A stretch of 64,000 nucleotides of DNA. Source: an uncultured Methylomirabilota bacterium (GTDB taxonomy: Bacteria > Methylomirabilota > Methylomirabilia > Methylomirabilales > 2-02-FULL-66-22). The position numbers and the translations under genes were made by a program. The stretch is taken from contig CAWJSJ010000001.1 in assembly GCA_963845565.1 (NCBI GenBank), positions 928,001 to 992,000 of the forward strand, in the 5' to 3' direction. This document shows, piece by piece, positions 1-10,594 of the stretch. How positions within the stretch are numbered: the stretch's first letter is position 1; each line of letters starts with the position of its first letter. Under the pieces are notes generated by a model. That model worked only from the letters and a program-made list of their open reading frames with translations, was not told where the DNA came from and did not search any database.

Positions 1-357
1 GCCTCCTGGCTGCGGCAGACGAGACGCGCCATGAACGTCACGGCCAACCAGGCGCGAGACCTCCGTAAACAGGCCCTTCTCGCCGACCTGCGAAGCCAGG
101 TTCGCAAAGGGGCCTATTGGGGAATTCGCACCGAGATCGGGGCCTACGGTCTCGGGAGCGCCATGCCCGTCCCGCCGGGCAAGACACATGCTCTTGCTGC
201 GATCCGGACACGCCTCAACCCCTTCTCGGAGGAAGAACAGGGCGAACTGATCAACTGGGGGTATGCCGTGTGTGATGCCGCCGTCCGCCGCCACGTCTTG
301 ACGGATGCCCTTCCGCCCCTCCGTTGGCCGATCCCGGCCTTCCCGCTGGACCGCTGA
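1..357 (+). CDS. patatin-like phospholipase family protein, C-terminal part (truncated by window edge)
   Basis: C-terminal motifs GAYWGIRT and TRL...LINWGYAVCDAA recalled from bacterial patatin-family proteins; catalytic motifs not in window. Confidence 0.6.
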   Translation, partial: ASWLRQTRRAMNVTANQARDLRKQALLADLRSQVRKGAYWGIRTEIGAYGLGSAMPVPPGKTHALAAIRTRLNPFSEEEQGELINWGYAVCDAAVRRHVLTDALPPLRWPIPAFPLDR

Positions 358-383
358 CGCGTGCGATGGCTGTTGCGGTCGCT

Positions 384-1136
384 TCAGCAGGCGAACCCAA
401 TCCTTCTTCGCGTGCCGACGGACTTCAGGAATTCTGTATAGGCCATACTGCGAAGGTCAAACCCGTCAAGGTCCTGTCCCACATATTCCATCGTGAGGAG
501 CTTCGTCACCATGGAGACGACGACGTCCGCCGGATAGCTCACGCTTCTGGCCTGCTCCGCAGACAGTGGTGGTCGATCGAACGGGTGTAACCACAACTGC
601 ATTTGCTCTGGGAGCGCATTCCGCCGAAGGGCGGGCTGGAAGTAGATGACGTCAAGCGGCCAGCCGCCCCGCGCTCGCAAGTACGCCTTGACCTCTTCCC
701 TTCCATGTTCTTCGATTTCGTAGAGCATGCCGACGGCCGGCTTCCCGGTCATCGCAATAGCATCGCGCTCGATGCGCTCGCGAAGCGCAGCCACAAGGAA
801 AGCACCGATGCCTTTTCGCCGTTGGGCCGCGTGTACGGCGAGGTAACTGACGACACCCACGCCCCGATTCTCGGGGCTGATTGGCGAAATGAGGTGGCCG
901 TATATCACGCCAACGACATCCCCATCCAGCAACGCCGCCAGCAGGTGTGAGGTATATCCATCTTGAACCAGGAGTCTCTCCTTGCCGGTCCGTGGGCCTT
1001 CATCTCGAACACGCAAGCGGTTTCTGAGAAAGCTCCGCTCTTCCAGAAACTCGGCCGGAATCTCTTGGGCAAGAATCTCATATCCCACATCAAATTCAGG
1101 CGAGGAATACGAGAGATCCAACACTCTCATGACCAT
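384..1136 (-). CDS. GNAT family N-acetyltransferase
   Basis: acetyl-CoA motif A YLAVHAAQRRKGIG; GGAGG upstream. Confidence 0.8.
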   Translation of the reverse strand: MVMRVLDLSYSSPEFDVGYEILAQEIPAEFLEERSFLRNRLRVRDEGPRTGKERLLVQDGYTSHLLAALLDGDVVGVIYGHLISPISPENRGVGVVSYLAVHAAQRRKGIGAFLVAALRERIERDAIAMTGKPAVGMLYEIEEHGREEVKAYLRARGGWPLDVIYFQPALRRNALPEQMQLWLHPFDRPPLSAEQARSVSYPADVVVSMVTKLLTMEYVGQDLDGFDLRSMAYTEFLKSVGTRRRIGFAC

Positions 1137-1252
1137 CCCTTTCCTCCGTCTTGGGTGATGCGTCGTCGTGGGTTAATCCTCGTTCCTCGGCGCGCGCGGA
1201 ATTTGGGCCTGCAGTACGGGGCGTCCCAGTTCCGCACCCCGGGGATACGGCG

Positions 1253-2494
1253 TCAGGGTGTCCGGCTCTCTATTTGGGGTGGAGCGAGGAGCCCGCGCGC
1301 TGCCGAGCGGACTTGGGGGTCGGACATTCGGTAGACGGCCCGGTCGAGGAGGTAGTGGAGGAAAGCCGTCGAAAAGCCGAGGGCCACGAGGGCGGGAACC
1401 CAGGAGGATGTACGCAACCCCATCGCAACAGCGCCGAAGATCCGGTCGCCGTAGTTGATGCCCTCCTCCCGGTCCCAGTTCGCTTCGACCTCGAAGAGAG
1501 GCAGCAGGAGGACCGACGTAACCATGAGGAGAAGCACGACTGCCCAGGGCCGCGTGTTCAGCACGTGCCGGACGCGGCGCACGACCCCGCGTCCGGGAGC
1601 GGGTTCCCCGCGCGGCGTCTGGGATCCGAGACCCGTTGCAAGGATCCAGTGCTGTGAATTCCAGATCACCAGGAAGAGAAACAGGCTCCGCGGGCGGAGC
1701 GCGATGGCGACCATGGCCGCGATTCCCAGGATGTACAGCACGCGCGGCAGCGATCGTCGCGGCGCGCGCGCCTCCGCGAAGAGCATGACGGCCGTCACGG
1801 CAAGCAGGGCCAGCGTGGCACCTTGGCGGATCCCGTCTTGTGCCGACGCAAGCCAGGCGGGAACGAGCCAGCGGTCAACCCAAAGGTTCTGGTAGGCGAC
1901 GGCGCCGGCGAGGATGTCTGCCAGGAAGACGAGCGCACCGCCGACGCCCAGCGCGAAAAGCCGATCCAGGCGTCTCGCGTACCCTGGGCCCCCGCGTCCG
2001 ACCCGCGTGCGGTAGAGGGAGAGCGCACCGAAATGCTGCGCGGCGAAGTGGTACGTCACCAGAGCATAGTCGAGGATCGCGAGCGCCACGAGGCGCTCCG
2101 TACGCGTCCACGGGAACGCCGTGTCGGACGGCAGAAAAACACCAAAACACCCGGCCGTCACCAGCAGCGGAAGCACGACGAACCGCACCGGCTGCGCACG
2201 CAGGAGCGGCCGGTACGCCTCTGTGCCGTACGCGAGCCATGTGCTGCCCAACCGATGGCCGATCCAGAAGAGCGCGGTCAGACCGAAATAGAGCAGATCC
2301 AGCGGGCTCGACGCCGGGTCGGCATACCCGTGGGCGAGCCATAGGGCGAGCGGTGCGAGCCAGAGCGCGCTGAGCATCCACACCCCGTCCCACGCCGGAC
2401 CGCGCACCCACGCAGACGCCGGCGCCGCGGCCACATCCGTGGTCGGGAGCGCGATCTCCGCAGCGACCGATTTCCGCTCGATGTGGATCTTCAC
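1253..2494 (-). CDS. multi-pass membrane protein with conserved-looking His motifs
   Basis: about 9-10 hydrophobic segments; GHR, HFAAQHFG, QHW, HYLLDR. Confidence 0.7.
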   Translation of the reverse strand: MKIHIERKSVAAEIALPTTDVAAAPASAWVRGPAWDGVWMLSALWLAPLALWLAHGYADPASSPLDLLYFGLTALFWIGHRLGSTWLAYGTEAYRPLLRAQPVRFVVLPLLVTAGCFGVFLPSDTAFPWTRTERLVALAILDYALVTYHFAAQHFGALSLYRTRVGRGGPGYARRLDRLFALGVGGALVFLADILAGAVAYQNLWVDRWLVPAWLASAQDGIRQGATLALLAVTAVMLFAEARAPRRSLPRVLYILGIAAMVAIALRPRSLFLFLVIWNSQHWILATGLGSQTPRGEPAPGRGVVRRVRHVLNTRPWAVVLLLMVTSVLLLPLFEVEANWDREEGINYGDRIFGAVAMGLRTSSWVPALVALGFSTAFLHYLLDRAVYRMSDPQVRSAARGLLAPPQIESRTP

Positions 2495-2604
2495 CCAACG
2501 CTCGCCTATTTCTGAAAACGACGCTGCCCACCTACGCTATCGCCCGGCCGCTGAAGCCAATCACGGCAAAGGATGCCGCTACCTGGAGCCTCGGAAAACC
2601 TTTG

Positions 2605-3174
2605 TCACTGCCCCTTCGTGCAGGGAATCTTGAGTGTAACGATACTTTGTGACACATACTTACTGTCTCCACCGCCGCAGCCGTCGTCGCCGTCCACAAA
2701 CCCCTTCACGGTCGTGCTGATGACGTAGCGATCCGGCAGGCTCGAAAATCTGGCCCCAAGGTATTCCTTCACATGGGGGCAGACCACGGCCTGGATCGGC
2801 TTCTCCAGATTGGTGAGGCGGTAATTCTGAACCCCCTCCGAGGTGCAGGCGGCAGGCGTGGACGCCGGGGCTTTGGCGTGGGCCACCATGCACTGCATCG
2901 CGGCCTCGCTTGCCCGCTGGCGGCAGCGGTTGGGCACGGTGCGACCGCACCCCCGCCGCGCCGAGAAATCGTAGATGGAGTGGCCGGGGCCGGGCCCCTG
3001 ATCGATGCGAGCCAAGTGCCTGCCAGCCCCGTCCTGCACGTCATTCATGTAGATCGCGTACCCCGCATTGCAGCTCCGCTCAATGTTGTCCTGGGCAAGC
3101 GCCGATCGCGCAGCCCACGGGCCGGCGACGGTACAGAAAAGCAATGCTGCAATCAGCAGGTGTCGCGTCGTCAT
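2605..3174 (-). CDS. secreted Cys-rich hypothetical protein
   Basis: signal peptide MTTRHLLIAALLF...ALA|Q; 8 Cys in the mature part; start chosen at ATG 3174. Confidence 0.7.
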   Translation of the reverse strand: MTTRHLLIAALLFCTVAGPWAARSALAQDNIERSCNAGYAIYMNDVQDGAGRHLARIDQGPGPGHSIYDFSARRGCGRTVPNRCRQRASEAAMQCMVAHAKAPASTPAACTSEGVQNYRLTNLEKPIQAVVCPHVKEYLGARFSSLPDRYVISTTVKGFVDGDDGCGGGDSKYVSQSIVTLKIPCTKGQ

Positions 3175-3304
3175 CTCGAACCCTCTCAGTAGATTGTTGT
3201 CGTCGGCTTTCTCGTCCCCGAGGTCAACCGAAGTGAAAGAAACTTCTGGCTTTCGCCGGCGAGTTCCGGAGTATCCGCAGCACGCCGTCCGGTACCTGTA
3301 TTCT

Positions 3305-4171
3305 TCAATCATTCCCAGCGTCACCTTTTTTTCCGGCCAGGCGCTGCATCGCTTGCTGGATCAGCGACTCCAGTACGTCGAGGGGGGTCAACAGGGCTCG
3401 CGGATCCTCAAACGGCGTCACCGCATTGGTCGCCCGATCCCAGTTCACCGGTCCGAACCGCCCGGGCTGGCCCGTGCGGGCCTGGATTTGGTAGAGCGAG
3501 TCCCCTTTGTTGTAGTGCCAGAACTCACCGGGATAGTGCAGGAAGCCGTGCCGCTCCATCGAGCGGGTGATCTCCTGCCGATTCTGTCGCTCCTCGGCGT
3601 TGACGAACGGGGAATCCATCGGGGTGTACTCGCTCATCTCGAGGTATGGTTTGCCGCGCCATACCTCCGACCCGTCATCGCGCCGGAGCACTGAGATGTC
3701 CACCGCAGCGCCGGCCAGGTGGGTCCCGGTGAGAGGCACGTTGGCGACCAGGCACATCGCCCGGCGAAACACCAACTCCACCGGCGGGCGTCCGCCGCCG
3801 CACTCCCGGATGCAAGCCTGCACGATCCGGTCGAAGACGGCCGGCGCACGTCCCAGGGCCGTCTGCATCTGTCGGGTGCGGTAGCCGTCCTCGATCTTCA
3901 GGACCCAGCCGCGCGCGTTCATGTCGCGGGCGATGGCCATCAAATCGGGAATCAGGCTCTCGCGGATGAAGAAGAGACGCTCGAACTGTCCGGCCAGCCG
4001 CGTGGTCGAGAAGCGCAGGTCCACGCCGGCCTCCTCGGCCGCAGCCGGGATGGAGGCAAAACCCTCGCGGCTTTCTTGGAGCGGGTGACGCATGATTGCC
4101 TCGGCCAACGCGTAACTCTGCTCCATGTACTCGACCCAGAAGGCGACACGGGCCGCTTCATCATGGACCAT
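3305..4171 (-). CDS. D-alanyl-D-alanine dipeptidase-like M15 metallopeptidase (VanX/DdpX family)
   Basis: motifs DGYR, H-x6-D (HLAGAAVD), EFWHY. Confidence 0.85.
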   Translation of the reverse strand: MVHDEAARVAFWVEYMEQSYALAEAIMRHPLQESREGFASIPAAAEEAGVDLRFSTTRLAGQFERLFFIRESLIPDLMAIARDMNARGWVLKIEDGYRTRQMQTALGRAPAVFDRIVQACIRECGGGRPPVELVFRRAMCLVANVPLTGTHLAGAAVDISVLRRDDGSEVWRGKPYLEMSEYTPMDSPFVNAEERQNRQEITRSMERHGFLHYPGEFWHYNKGDSLYQIQARTGQPGRFGPVNWDRATNAVTPFEDPRALLTPLDVLESLIQQAMQRLAGKKGDAGND

Positions 4172-4324
4172 CGGCCTCTCCTTGAGCGCGTCGGTGCGCC
4201 GGTCTCCGGTTCGGAACAGCGTCCTGCCACACCTCACCCACGTCCCGCGACACACGCGGGCTTGCGGGGGCATGGCAACGGCCACGCGAGCACAACTTGG
4301 TGTACGTGGCCACGTTGCGTCCTG

Positions 4325-4353
4325 GATTACAGATTACTTGTTGTATTCGTCAA
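4325..4353 (-). promoter_or_regulatory. putative promoter with tandem GTAATC repeats upstream of the dipeptidase
   Basis: minus strand TTGACG-16nt-TGTAAT; GATTAC-A-GATTAC at 4325-4337. Confidence 0.4.
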
Positions 4354-4459
4354 CGGGACAACGGGGATCGATCACCCCCACAGTGGACCCGCTGGTCCTC
4401 GCGGGAAACCGATCCGGACTCCTGTCTCTCAACGGCTCTCCGGCCGGAGCCCTCGGAGG

Positions 4460-6049
4460 CTACTGCCGGCGCAGCACTCGCCCGGCCCGGATGTCCGTCA
4501 GTCTTCCCGTATCCACGGCGACCCGACCGGCAACCAGGACGTGGGAGATGCCGATCGGGTGCTGGTTCGGCTCCGCGTACGTCCCCGTATCGATGATGGT
4601 CGTCGGATCGAAGACGGTGATATCCGCGACCATCCCCTCCCGGAGGAGCCCCCGGTCCTGAAGTCCAAGGCGCTGGGCGGGAAAGGAGGTCATGCGCCGA
4701 ATGGCCTGGGGGAGCGATATCACGCGGTCCTCCCGGACGTACTTCCCCAGAAATCGCGCGCAGGTGTTATAGACGCGCGGGTGGGGTTTGCCCCCCACGA
4801 TCCCGTCCGAGCAGATTGTCATGCATTCGTGCCGCATGATGGCCTGCACGTCCTCTTCGCAGCCGTAGAAGACGGTCATGGTCACGGCGTCGTCCTCGGC
4901 GACCAACAGGTCGCAGACCACGTCGATGGGCCGTTTGCCGGTGGCCGCCGCCAGCTCCGCGATGGAGCGCCCCTCAGCGGACCGGTTGGCCTCCGTCGCA
5001 ACCGCGTTGACCCAGATCCCGTCCCAGCTGCAGAGGGAGACCCAGTTCTCCCAGCGCTCGGGCGTGACCAGGTCCTGGATCCGACGGATCTCTTCGCGGA
5101 CCGCGGGATCCTGGAGCCGCGCGATCAGCCCGGCCGTTCCCCCGGCATGGAATCGGGGAGGGATCACGGCGTCCAGCATCGTGCTGCCCGCCACGTAGGG
5201 GTACTGGTCGAAGGTGATCTCCACCCCCCGCTGCCGGTAGGAGTCGATGAGGCCGAGGAGTGTGCCCGCCTGGCCCCAGTTCGCCTTCCCCGCCACCTTG
5301 AGGTGGGAGACGTGCAGCGGACAGCCCGCCTCGAGGCAGATCTCCGCCACCTCGCGGGTCGACTCCAGCACGTGATCCCCTTCGTTGCGCAGGTGGACGA
5401 CGAAGAAGCCCCCGTAGGCGGCGGCCACGCGGCACAGCGCCACCAGCTCGGTCCGGTCCGCATACATGCCCGGCGGGTAGATCAACCCCGTCGAGAACCC
5501 CAACCCGCCCTCCTCGAAGGCCCGGGCCAGGATCGCTTCCATCCGGGTCACCTCCTCCGCGGTGGCGGGCCGGTTCTCCCACCCCAGCACCGCCGTCCGG
5601 ATGGGGCCGTGCGGGATGAGCATCAGCGTGTTGGTCGCGGGCGGTAAGCTGTCCAGGCGGGCCAGGAACTCGGCCAGCGAGTTCCAGTCCCACTCCGGCA
5701 GATAGGTCCCGAGCAGCCCGGACACCCGCCGCATCATGGGCGGCTTGCTGGCGTCGTCGATGGGGGCCACCGAGAGCCCGTCCTGACCGATGAGGGCGGT
5801 CGTGATGCCCTGGAGCAGCTTGGAGTCCTCCTCCGGGTGGGCGAACACCCGGAGGTCGGAATGGGTGTGCATGTCGATGAATCCGGGCGAAACCACCAGG
5901 CCCGCCGCGTCGATCACCCGCGCTGCCTCATCACGGATCGCGTGGCGAACCGAGACGATCCGCTCCCCCCGGATCCCGATCTCGGCTCTGAACCACGGGC
6001 TACCCGACCCGTCAACGATCCGCCCGTTCCTGATCAGGACGTCCAGCAT
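4460..6049 (-). CDS. N-acyl-D-amino-acid deacylase (D-aminoacylase)
   Basis: PGFIDMHTHSD, GFSTGLIYPPG, SHLK, FDQYPY, SDG...HPR, ADITVFDP. Confidence 0.92.
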   Translation of the reverse strand: MLDVLIRNGRIVDGSGSPWFRAEIGIRGERIVSVRHAIRDEAARVIDAAGLVVSPGFIDMHTHSDLRVFAHPEEDSKLLQGITTALIGQDGLSVAPIDDASKPPMMRRVSGLLGTYLPEWDWNSLAEFLARLDSLPPATNTLMLIPHGPIRTAVLGWENRPATAEEVTRMEAILARAFEEGGLGFSTGLIYPPGMYADRTELVALCRVAAAYGGFFVVHLRNEGDHVLESTREVAEICLEAGCPLHVSHLKVAGKANWGQAGTLLGLIDSYRQRGVEITFDQYPYVAGSTMLDAVIPPRFHAGGTAGLIARLQDPAVREEIRRIQDLVTPERWENWVSLCSWDGIWVNAVATEANRSAEGRSIAELAAATGKRPIDVVCDLLVAEDDAVTMTVFYGCEEDVQAIMRHECMTICSDGIVGGKPHPRVYNTCARFLGKYVREDRVISLPQAIRRMTSFPAQRLGLQDRGLLREGMVADITVFDPTTIIDTGTYAEPNQHPIGISHVLVAGRVAVDTGRLTDIRAGRVLRRQ

Positions 6050-6059
6050 CCCGCCCTCC

Positions 6060-6788
6060 TCACCGCACCGGCGCCTCTTTTCGCCAGACGAACCGGTCTT
6101 CCAGTTCGCCGTTGTGATAGCTCTGTAGCAGCCGGACCAACCCCTCGACGGCCGCCTCGATCAGGGCCTTGCCCTTCTCTTCGCTGCCCGCGGAGGGATC
6201 GCCGAAGGCGCCCGGTGCCCACACCGCCTGATGGGCGTCCACCAACCCGGGCTGCAGATGCATCTGGACCGAGGTCTCGAACTCGCCGGAATGGCCGACG
6301 AAGCCGCGGTCGACCGGGCAGAGCCGCCGCATAGCGTCCGGCATGCCGGGCGCGTCCCAGTAGTCGCAACCCACCACCGAGGCGACGCCGTCCTCCTCCG
6401 CCAGCTTCGTCCGCATACCGGCCACGATCGCGGAGTTACCCCCGTGGCCGTTGAGCAGGAGGATCTTCCGGAAGCCGTGCGTGTGCACGCTCTTGGCAAC
6501 CTGGGTCAGCACCTCCACGAAGGTGTGGTAGGTCAGCGTCACGCTCCCCGGATGCCGCATGTGGTGGGGCGAGTACCCGGTCCAGACGGTCGGCAAGACC
6601 AGCACCGGGAACTCCATTGCCTGCGCGGCGCGCCGGGCCACGGTGGATACAATGTTGGAATCGGTGTTCACCGGCAAGTGGTTGGCATGCTGTTCGAGAG
6701 ACGCGATCGGAATGATCGCCACCGCGCCCGCCTTCGCGGCCTGCTCGATGTCCGTCCGTTTCAGCCGTTCCCACAGTACCTCTCGCAT
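6060..6788 (-). CDS. creatininase family amidohydrolase
   Basis: EQHANHLPVNTD, SPHH, NGHGGN, HSGEFETS. Confidence 0.9.
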   Translation of the reverse strand: MREVLWERLKRTDIEQAAKAGAVAIIPIASLEQHANHLPVNTDSNIVSTVARRAAQAMEFPVLVLPTVWTGYSPHHMRHPGSVTLTYHTFVEVLTQVAKSVHTHGFRKILLLNGHGGNSAIVAGMRTKLAEEDGVASVVGCDYWDAPGMPDAMRRLCPVDRGFVGHSGEFETSVQMHLQPGLVDAHQAVWAPGAFGDPSAGSEEKGKALIEAAVEGLVRLLQSYHNGELEDRFVWRKEAPVR

Positions 6789-6840
6789 GGCTCGATACGC
6801 CTCCCTCTCGTGTGATGCGATGCCTTCCTTCAGCCGATGC

Positions 6841-8172
6841 TCACCACGCCCCGACGACTTGCTTCCCCAGGACCAGGGTCGGAAGCCACAGGGAAAGCCA
6901 CGGGATGTACGTGGTGAGAAGGAGCGCAGGGATGCCCACCAGGAAAAGGTAGATCAGCATCGGCCGGACCAGCATGCCATAGGGGACATTCGCCAAGCGT
7001 GTGCCCACGAAGATCGAGATCGCATACGGAGGTGTGACCACACCCAGGCCCACGTTGAAGACGATGACCGCCCCCAGATGAACCAGGTTCACACCGAGTT
7101 GCTGGGCGATCGGGACGAGCAGCGGCACCGCGATGATCAGGATGGGAATCCCGTCGATGAACATCCCCAGGATGAGCAGGAGAATGTTCATCATGAGCAG
7201 GACGGCATACTTGTTCTGGGAGATACCCAGGACGAAGTCTGTCATGACCTGGGCCAGGCCTTCCCGGATCAGAAGCCTGGTGAACACCGTCCCGAGCCCC
7301 AGGAGGAGCGTGATCATCCCCAGGGTCACCAGCGAGCTTTTCACGCCCCCCCACATCGAGGCAAAGTTCATTTCCCGATAGATCCAGAGTCCGACGAAGG
7401 CCGTGTACACGACGGCGACGGCCCCCGCCTCGTTGGGCGTGAAGATGCCGGCGTAGATACCCACGAGGACGACGAACGGGCACCCCAGGGCCGGGATGGC
7501 GCTGTAGAACGAGGTGCCGATTGCCGTCATGGATTCCCCGAACGTGGTGGGCAGGACCGGGACATCCTTCGCGGGCTGCATGTAGCGGTGGCAGATGACG
7601 GTGTTCACCAGGATGTAGCCAAAGGCGAGGATCAGGCCGGGAATCACGGTGGACAAGAACACGGCGGCGACGGACTGCTGCGCGACCAGGCAATACAGCA
7701 GTCCCGGGACACTGGGCGGGATGAGATATCCGAGAAAGCTCGACGAGCAGAGGACTGCCGCCGTGTAATGCCGCTGGAACCCATACTTTTCGAGCCGGGG
7801 CACGAGGAGCGGAATCAGCGCCCCGATGACCGGCAGCGACGACCCTGTCAGGGCGCCCATGAACACCGCGGCCACGATCCCGACGTCCACCAGGCCGCCC
7901 GGGACGCGCCCCACCAGCGCGTACGAGAGGCGGACGATGCGGTCGGCGATCCCGGATTCCGACAGGAGGCTTCCGGCGAAGATGAAGAACGCGATCGCCA
8001 TCAGAACATAGTTGTCGATGGCATGGTAGAACGTCCCCGCCATGAAGGAGGTGGACCCACTGATGAGCGCGATCGTCGTGAGGGTGCTGCCCAGGAAGAC
8101 CCAGCAGAGCGGTAGGCCGATCAGGATCCCGAGAAAGAAGACCGACAACCCGACGATGAGGCCGGCTTCCAT
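6841..8172 (-). CDS. dctM: TRAP transporter large permease
   Basis: AIAFFIFAG, LIPPS, GIFTPNEA, TPP motifs; about 12 TM. Confidence 0.93.
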   Translation of the reverse strand: MEAGLIVGLSVFFLGILIGLPLCWVFLGSTLTTIALISGSTSFMAGTFYHAIDNYVLMAIAFFIFAGSLLSESGIADRIVRLSYALVGRVPGGLVDVGIVAAVFMGALTGSSLPVIGALIPLLVPRLEKYGFQRHYTAAVLCSSSFLGYLIPPSVPGLLYCLVAQQSVAAVFLSTVIPGLILAFGYILVNTVICHRYMQPAKDVPVLPTTFGESMTAIGTSFYSAIPALGCPFVVLVGIYAGIFTPNEAGAVAVVYTAFVGLWIYREMNFASMWGGVKSSLVTLGMITLLLGLGTVFTRLLIREGLAQVMTDFVLGISQNKYAVLLMMNILLLILGMFIDGIPILIIAVPLLVPIAQQLGVNLVHLGAVIVFNVGLGVVTPPYAISIFVGTRLANVPYGMLVRPMLIYLFLVGIPALLLTTYIPWLSLWLPTLVLGKQVVGAW

Positions 8173-8715
8173 CTATCGCTCCTCCTTTCGGGACCCTGTC
8201 CGAATCGCCTCGATGAGCTGTCCGATATCCCGGCGCGCGATGACCAACAGATGCAGCAGCACGAGCAGGAGGGACCAGAACACGAGGATCTGGAGCCAGC
8301 TGGTATTGAACCACCGCACCAGCGTCCCGTATTCGGGATACTCGATGGCGCGCTGCATGAACTTGTAGGCAACCGGAAGCAGGAGGCACAGAATGAAGAT
8401 GGAGAGGAACCGGAGGGTGACGCGGTAGACGGCTGCCGCGATCGGCCGCCCCTGGACCAGCCACTCGCGGAACATGTCCACCGCCACGTGGCCCTCGTTC
8501 CAGGTGGTGTAGGCAGCCGCGAGCAGCATGAAAAAGACAAACATATAGAGGGCCAGGTCGTTGAGTATCATGATCTCAAAGTGCAGAATGTACCGATTGA
8601 TCACCTGGGCGAAGATGAGCAGTGTCGTGATGATGAGCCCCACCCCACAGATCACCGTCTCAGCCGACTTGATCGCGCCGAGGGCCCTGCTCCCGATCCC
8701 CTGTCGCTGCTCCAT
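8173..8715 (-). CDS. dctQ: TRAP transporter small permease
   Basis: 4 TM; QVINRY, GHVAVD; lies between dctP and dctM. Confidence 0.88.
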   Translation of the reverse strand: MEQRQGIGSRALGAIKSAETVICGVGLIITTLLIFAQVINRYILHFEIMILNDLALYMFVFFMLLAAAYTTWNEGHVAVDMFREWLVQGRPIAAAVYRVTLRFLSIFILCLLLPVAYKFMQRAIEYPEYGTLVRWFNTSWLQILVFWSLLLVLLHLLVIARRDIGQLIEAIRTGSRKEER

Positions 8716-8857
8716 GCTTGGACCCCTCCGTTCATCGGCGACACCATTGCCTCCAGCCACCCCGACGGGCTGTGCATCCGCGCTGGCCACGCGATCCCCC
8801 CTGCCGCCCGGCTGTCCGGACGGCAAGGGCACCTCAGACGGCCCAGGCGCGTAGCGC

Positions 8858-9934
8858 TTAGCGCTTCGCGCCCGCAATCTTGTCGAGTTCGGCCATGACC
8901 TTCTCGGTCATGTTCTGGCCGGGATACTTCTTGTCGAGCCAGGGCGTCGCCAGCTCCTTCCAGACCGCCGGCATGTTGGCCTTCTTCCGGAAGACGTCCC
9001 GCTCGGCCACCGTCGGCTGGAAGATCTGAATGCCGGCGCTGCTCAGCTTCTTCTTGTACTCCTCTATGACGGCCTGCATCTCCTTCATATCGCGGGCCTC
9101 GGCCTCCTTGCCGGCCCGCAAAAGCACGTCTTTGAGATCCTGGGGAAGCGTGTCCCAGGTCTTGCGGGTGATGGTGATGCTGTTGGCATCCCAACCCCAA
9201 GCAAGATCCGTGTAGTACTTGAGGACCTCGTAATGCCGCTCCTCGACGAGGGAAGGCCAGAGACTCCAGGCGCCGTCCACGACGCCCGTCTGGAGGGCAT
9301 TGTAGATGTCCGCCCAGGGCAGGGTCTGCAGCGTCATCCCCGACCCCTTGCCCATGTTCTCCAGGGTCCGGACGAATCCGAGCGAGCCGGACACCCGCAG
9401 CTTCAGCTTGCTGAAATCGTCCGGGGTCTTGAGCGGCCGGGTTCGGTTCCCGATGCCGTACGCCCCTTGGTGCGTGGTCCAGATCGGTTTGTGTCCGACT
9501 TCCGCGTAGGCGTCATCCATGATCTTGTAGATCACGCCGGTGCCGGGAGCGTAGGCCACCAGGGCTTCCTGAAACGTGCCGACGGTCCAGGGCATCCAGT
9601 TCAGCATGCCGCCGGGCACCAGGTTCACGTACGGGGACACCACCGTCATGTCGACGCTCCCCTCACGCACGGCGTGGAAGAGCTCGTCGTGAGTCCCCAG
9701 CAGTCCGCTGTGCTGGAACCGGATCTGGATCCGGCCGTTCGAGTACTTGTTCACCAGCTCGGTAAAAAGCTGGACAGATTCGTTCCGGGTCTTCTGCGTC
9801 CAGGCGCTACCAGCTCGCCAACGATACTCCGGCTGCCCCGCGTCAGCCAGGGCGGGCATGACAACCCAAGCCAGGAAGATCACCGCTACCAGAACGACCC
9901 ACATGCCTCCCTGTCGTGCGCATCTCGCTGTCAT
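8858..9934 (-). CDS. dctP: TRAP transporter substrate-binding protein
   Basis: signal peptide; PDDFSKLKLRV, IYNALQTGVVDG; AAGGAG upstream of ATG 9934. Confidence 0.9.
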   Translation of the reverse strand: MTARCARQGGMWVVLVAVIFLAWVVMPALADAGQPEYRWRAGSAWTQKTRNESVQLFTELVNKYSNGRIQIRFQHSGLLGTHDELFHAVREGSVDMTVVSPYVNLVPGGMLNWMPWTVGTFQEALVAYAPGTGVIYKIMDDAYAEVGHKPIWTTHQGAYGIGNRTRPLKTPDDFSKLKLRVSGSLGFVRTLENMGKGSGMTLQTLPWADIYNALQTGVVDGAWSLWPSLVEERHYEVLKYYTDLAWGWDANSITITRKTWDTLPQDLKDVLLRAGKEAEARDMKEMQAVIEEYKKKLSSAGIQIFQPTVAERDVFRKKANMPAVWKELATPWLDKKYPGQNMTEKVMAELDKIAGAKR

Positions 9935-10594
9935 GTCTCTCTCCTTTTCCTTGATGGTGGAATGCCCGCATCGACCCGCCGAATCCGCCATCCGCCTCTT
10001 CTTCACCTCAACCGCCGCGGCACGAACCCCGCCGGGACCGAGACTGACGCGTCTCTCCGTCGGTGGGCTCTCTCGTGACACCGGTCGCGAAACCGCTTCC
10101 CCTCCGGCATCTCAGACCCTCGGATGCACTGCTCGGCCGATGTACAGGGGGTAGGAAACGTACTGTCTGTTCCATAGGAACGTGGTACGTGGAAAGCCCG
10201 GGCGGCGAGGCTCGGCGGCGCAATCGCCGGAACGGCATCCTCACCCCCGGGAGTAGCGGATCACGCGGGGCGGGCGGCGTTCCCCAGGACCGGAACCGGG
10301 ATATTTGTCAAGCTATCACAGGGTGGGGGGGCGATGTCAAGGCTTCCAGAAAGCTCGTCACTCCGGCCCGCCACGCGGTCGGGCCCCGAACCGGACGTCG
10401 TGAAGCCGGGCTCCGACGCTCGGCCTGCGCGCACGTCGGGATATTCCTAGACATTTCCCGGCGGCTTTTGCTTAAATGGGTCCTCGGTTGGGGAGGCTCG
10501 TGACCCTCGCGACGGGTCGTTCTCGGGGGCGGGATCTTGGGCGACGGTGCAGCAGGAATCGGCGGCAGCGTTCATCCACAGAAAGGAGATGGTC

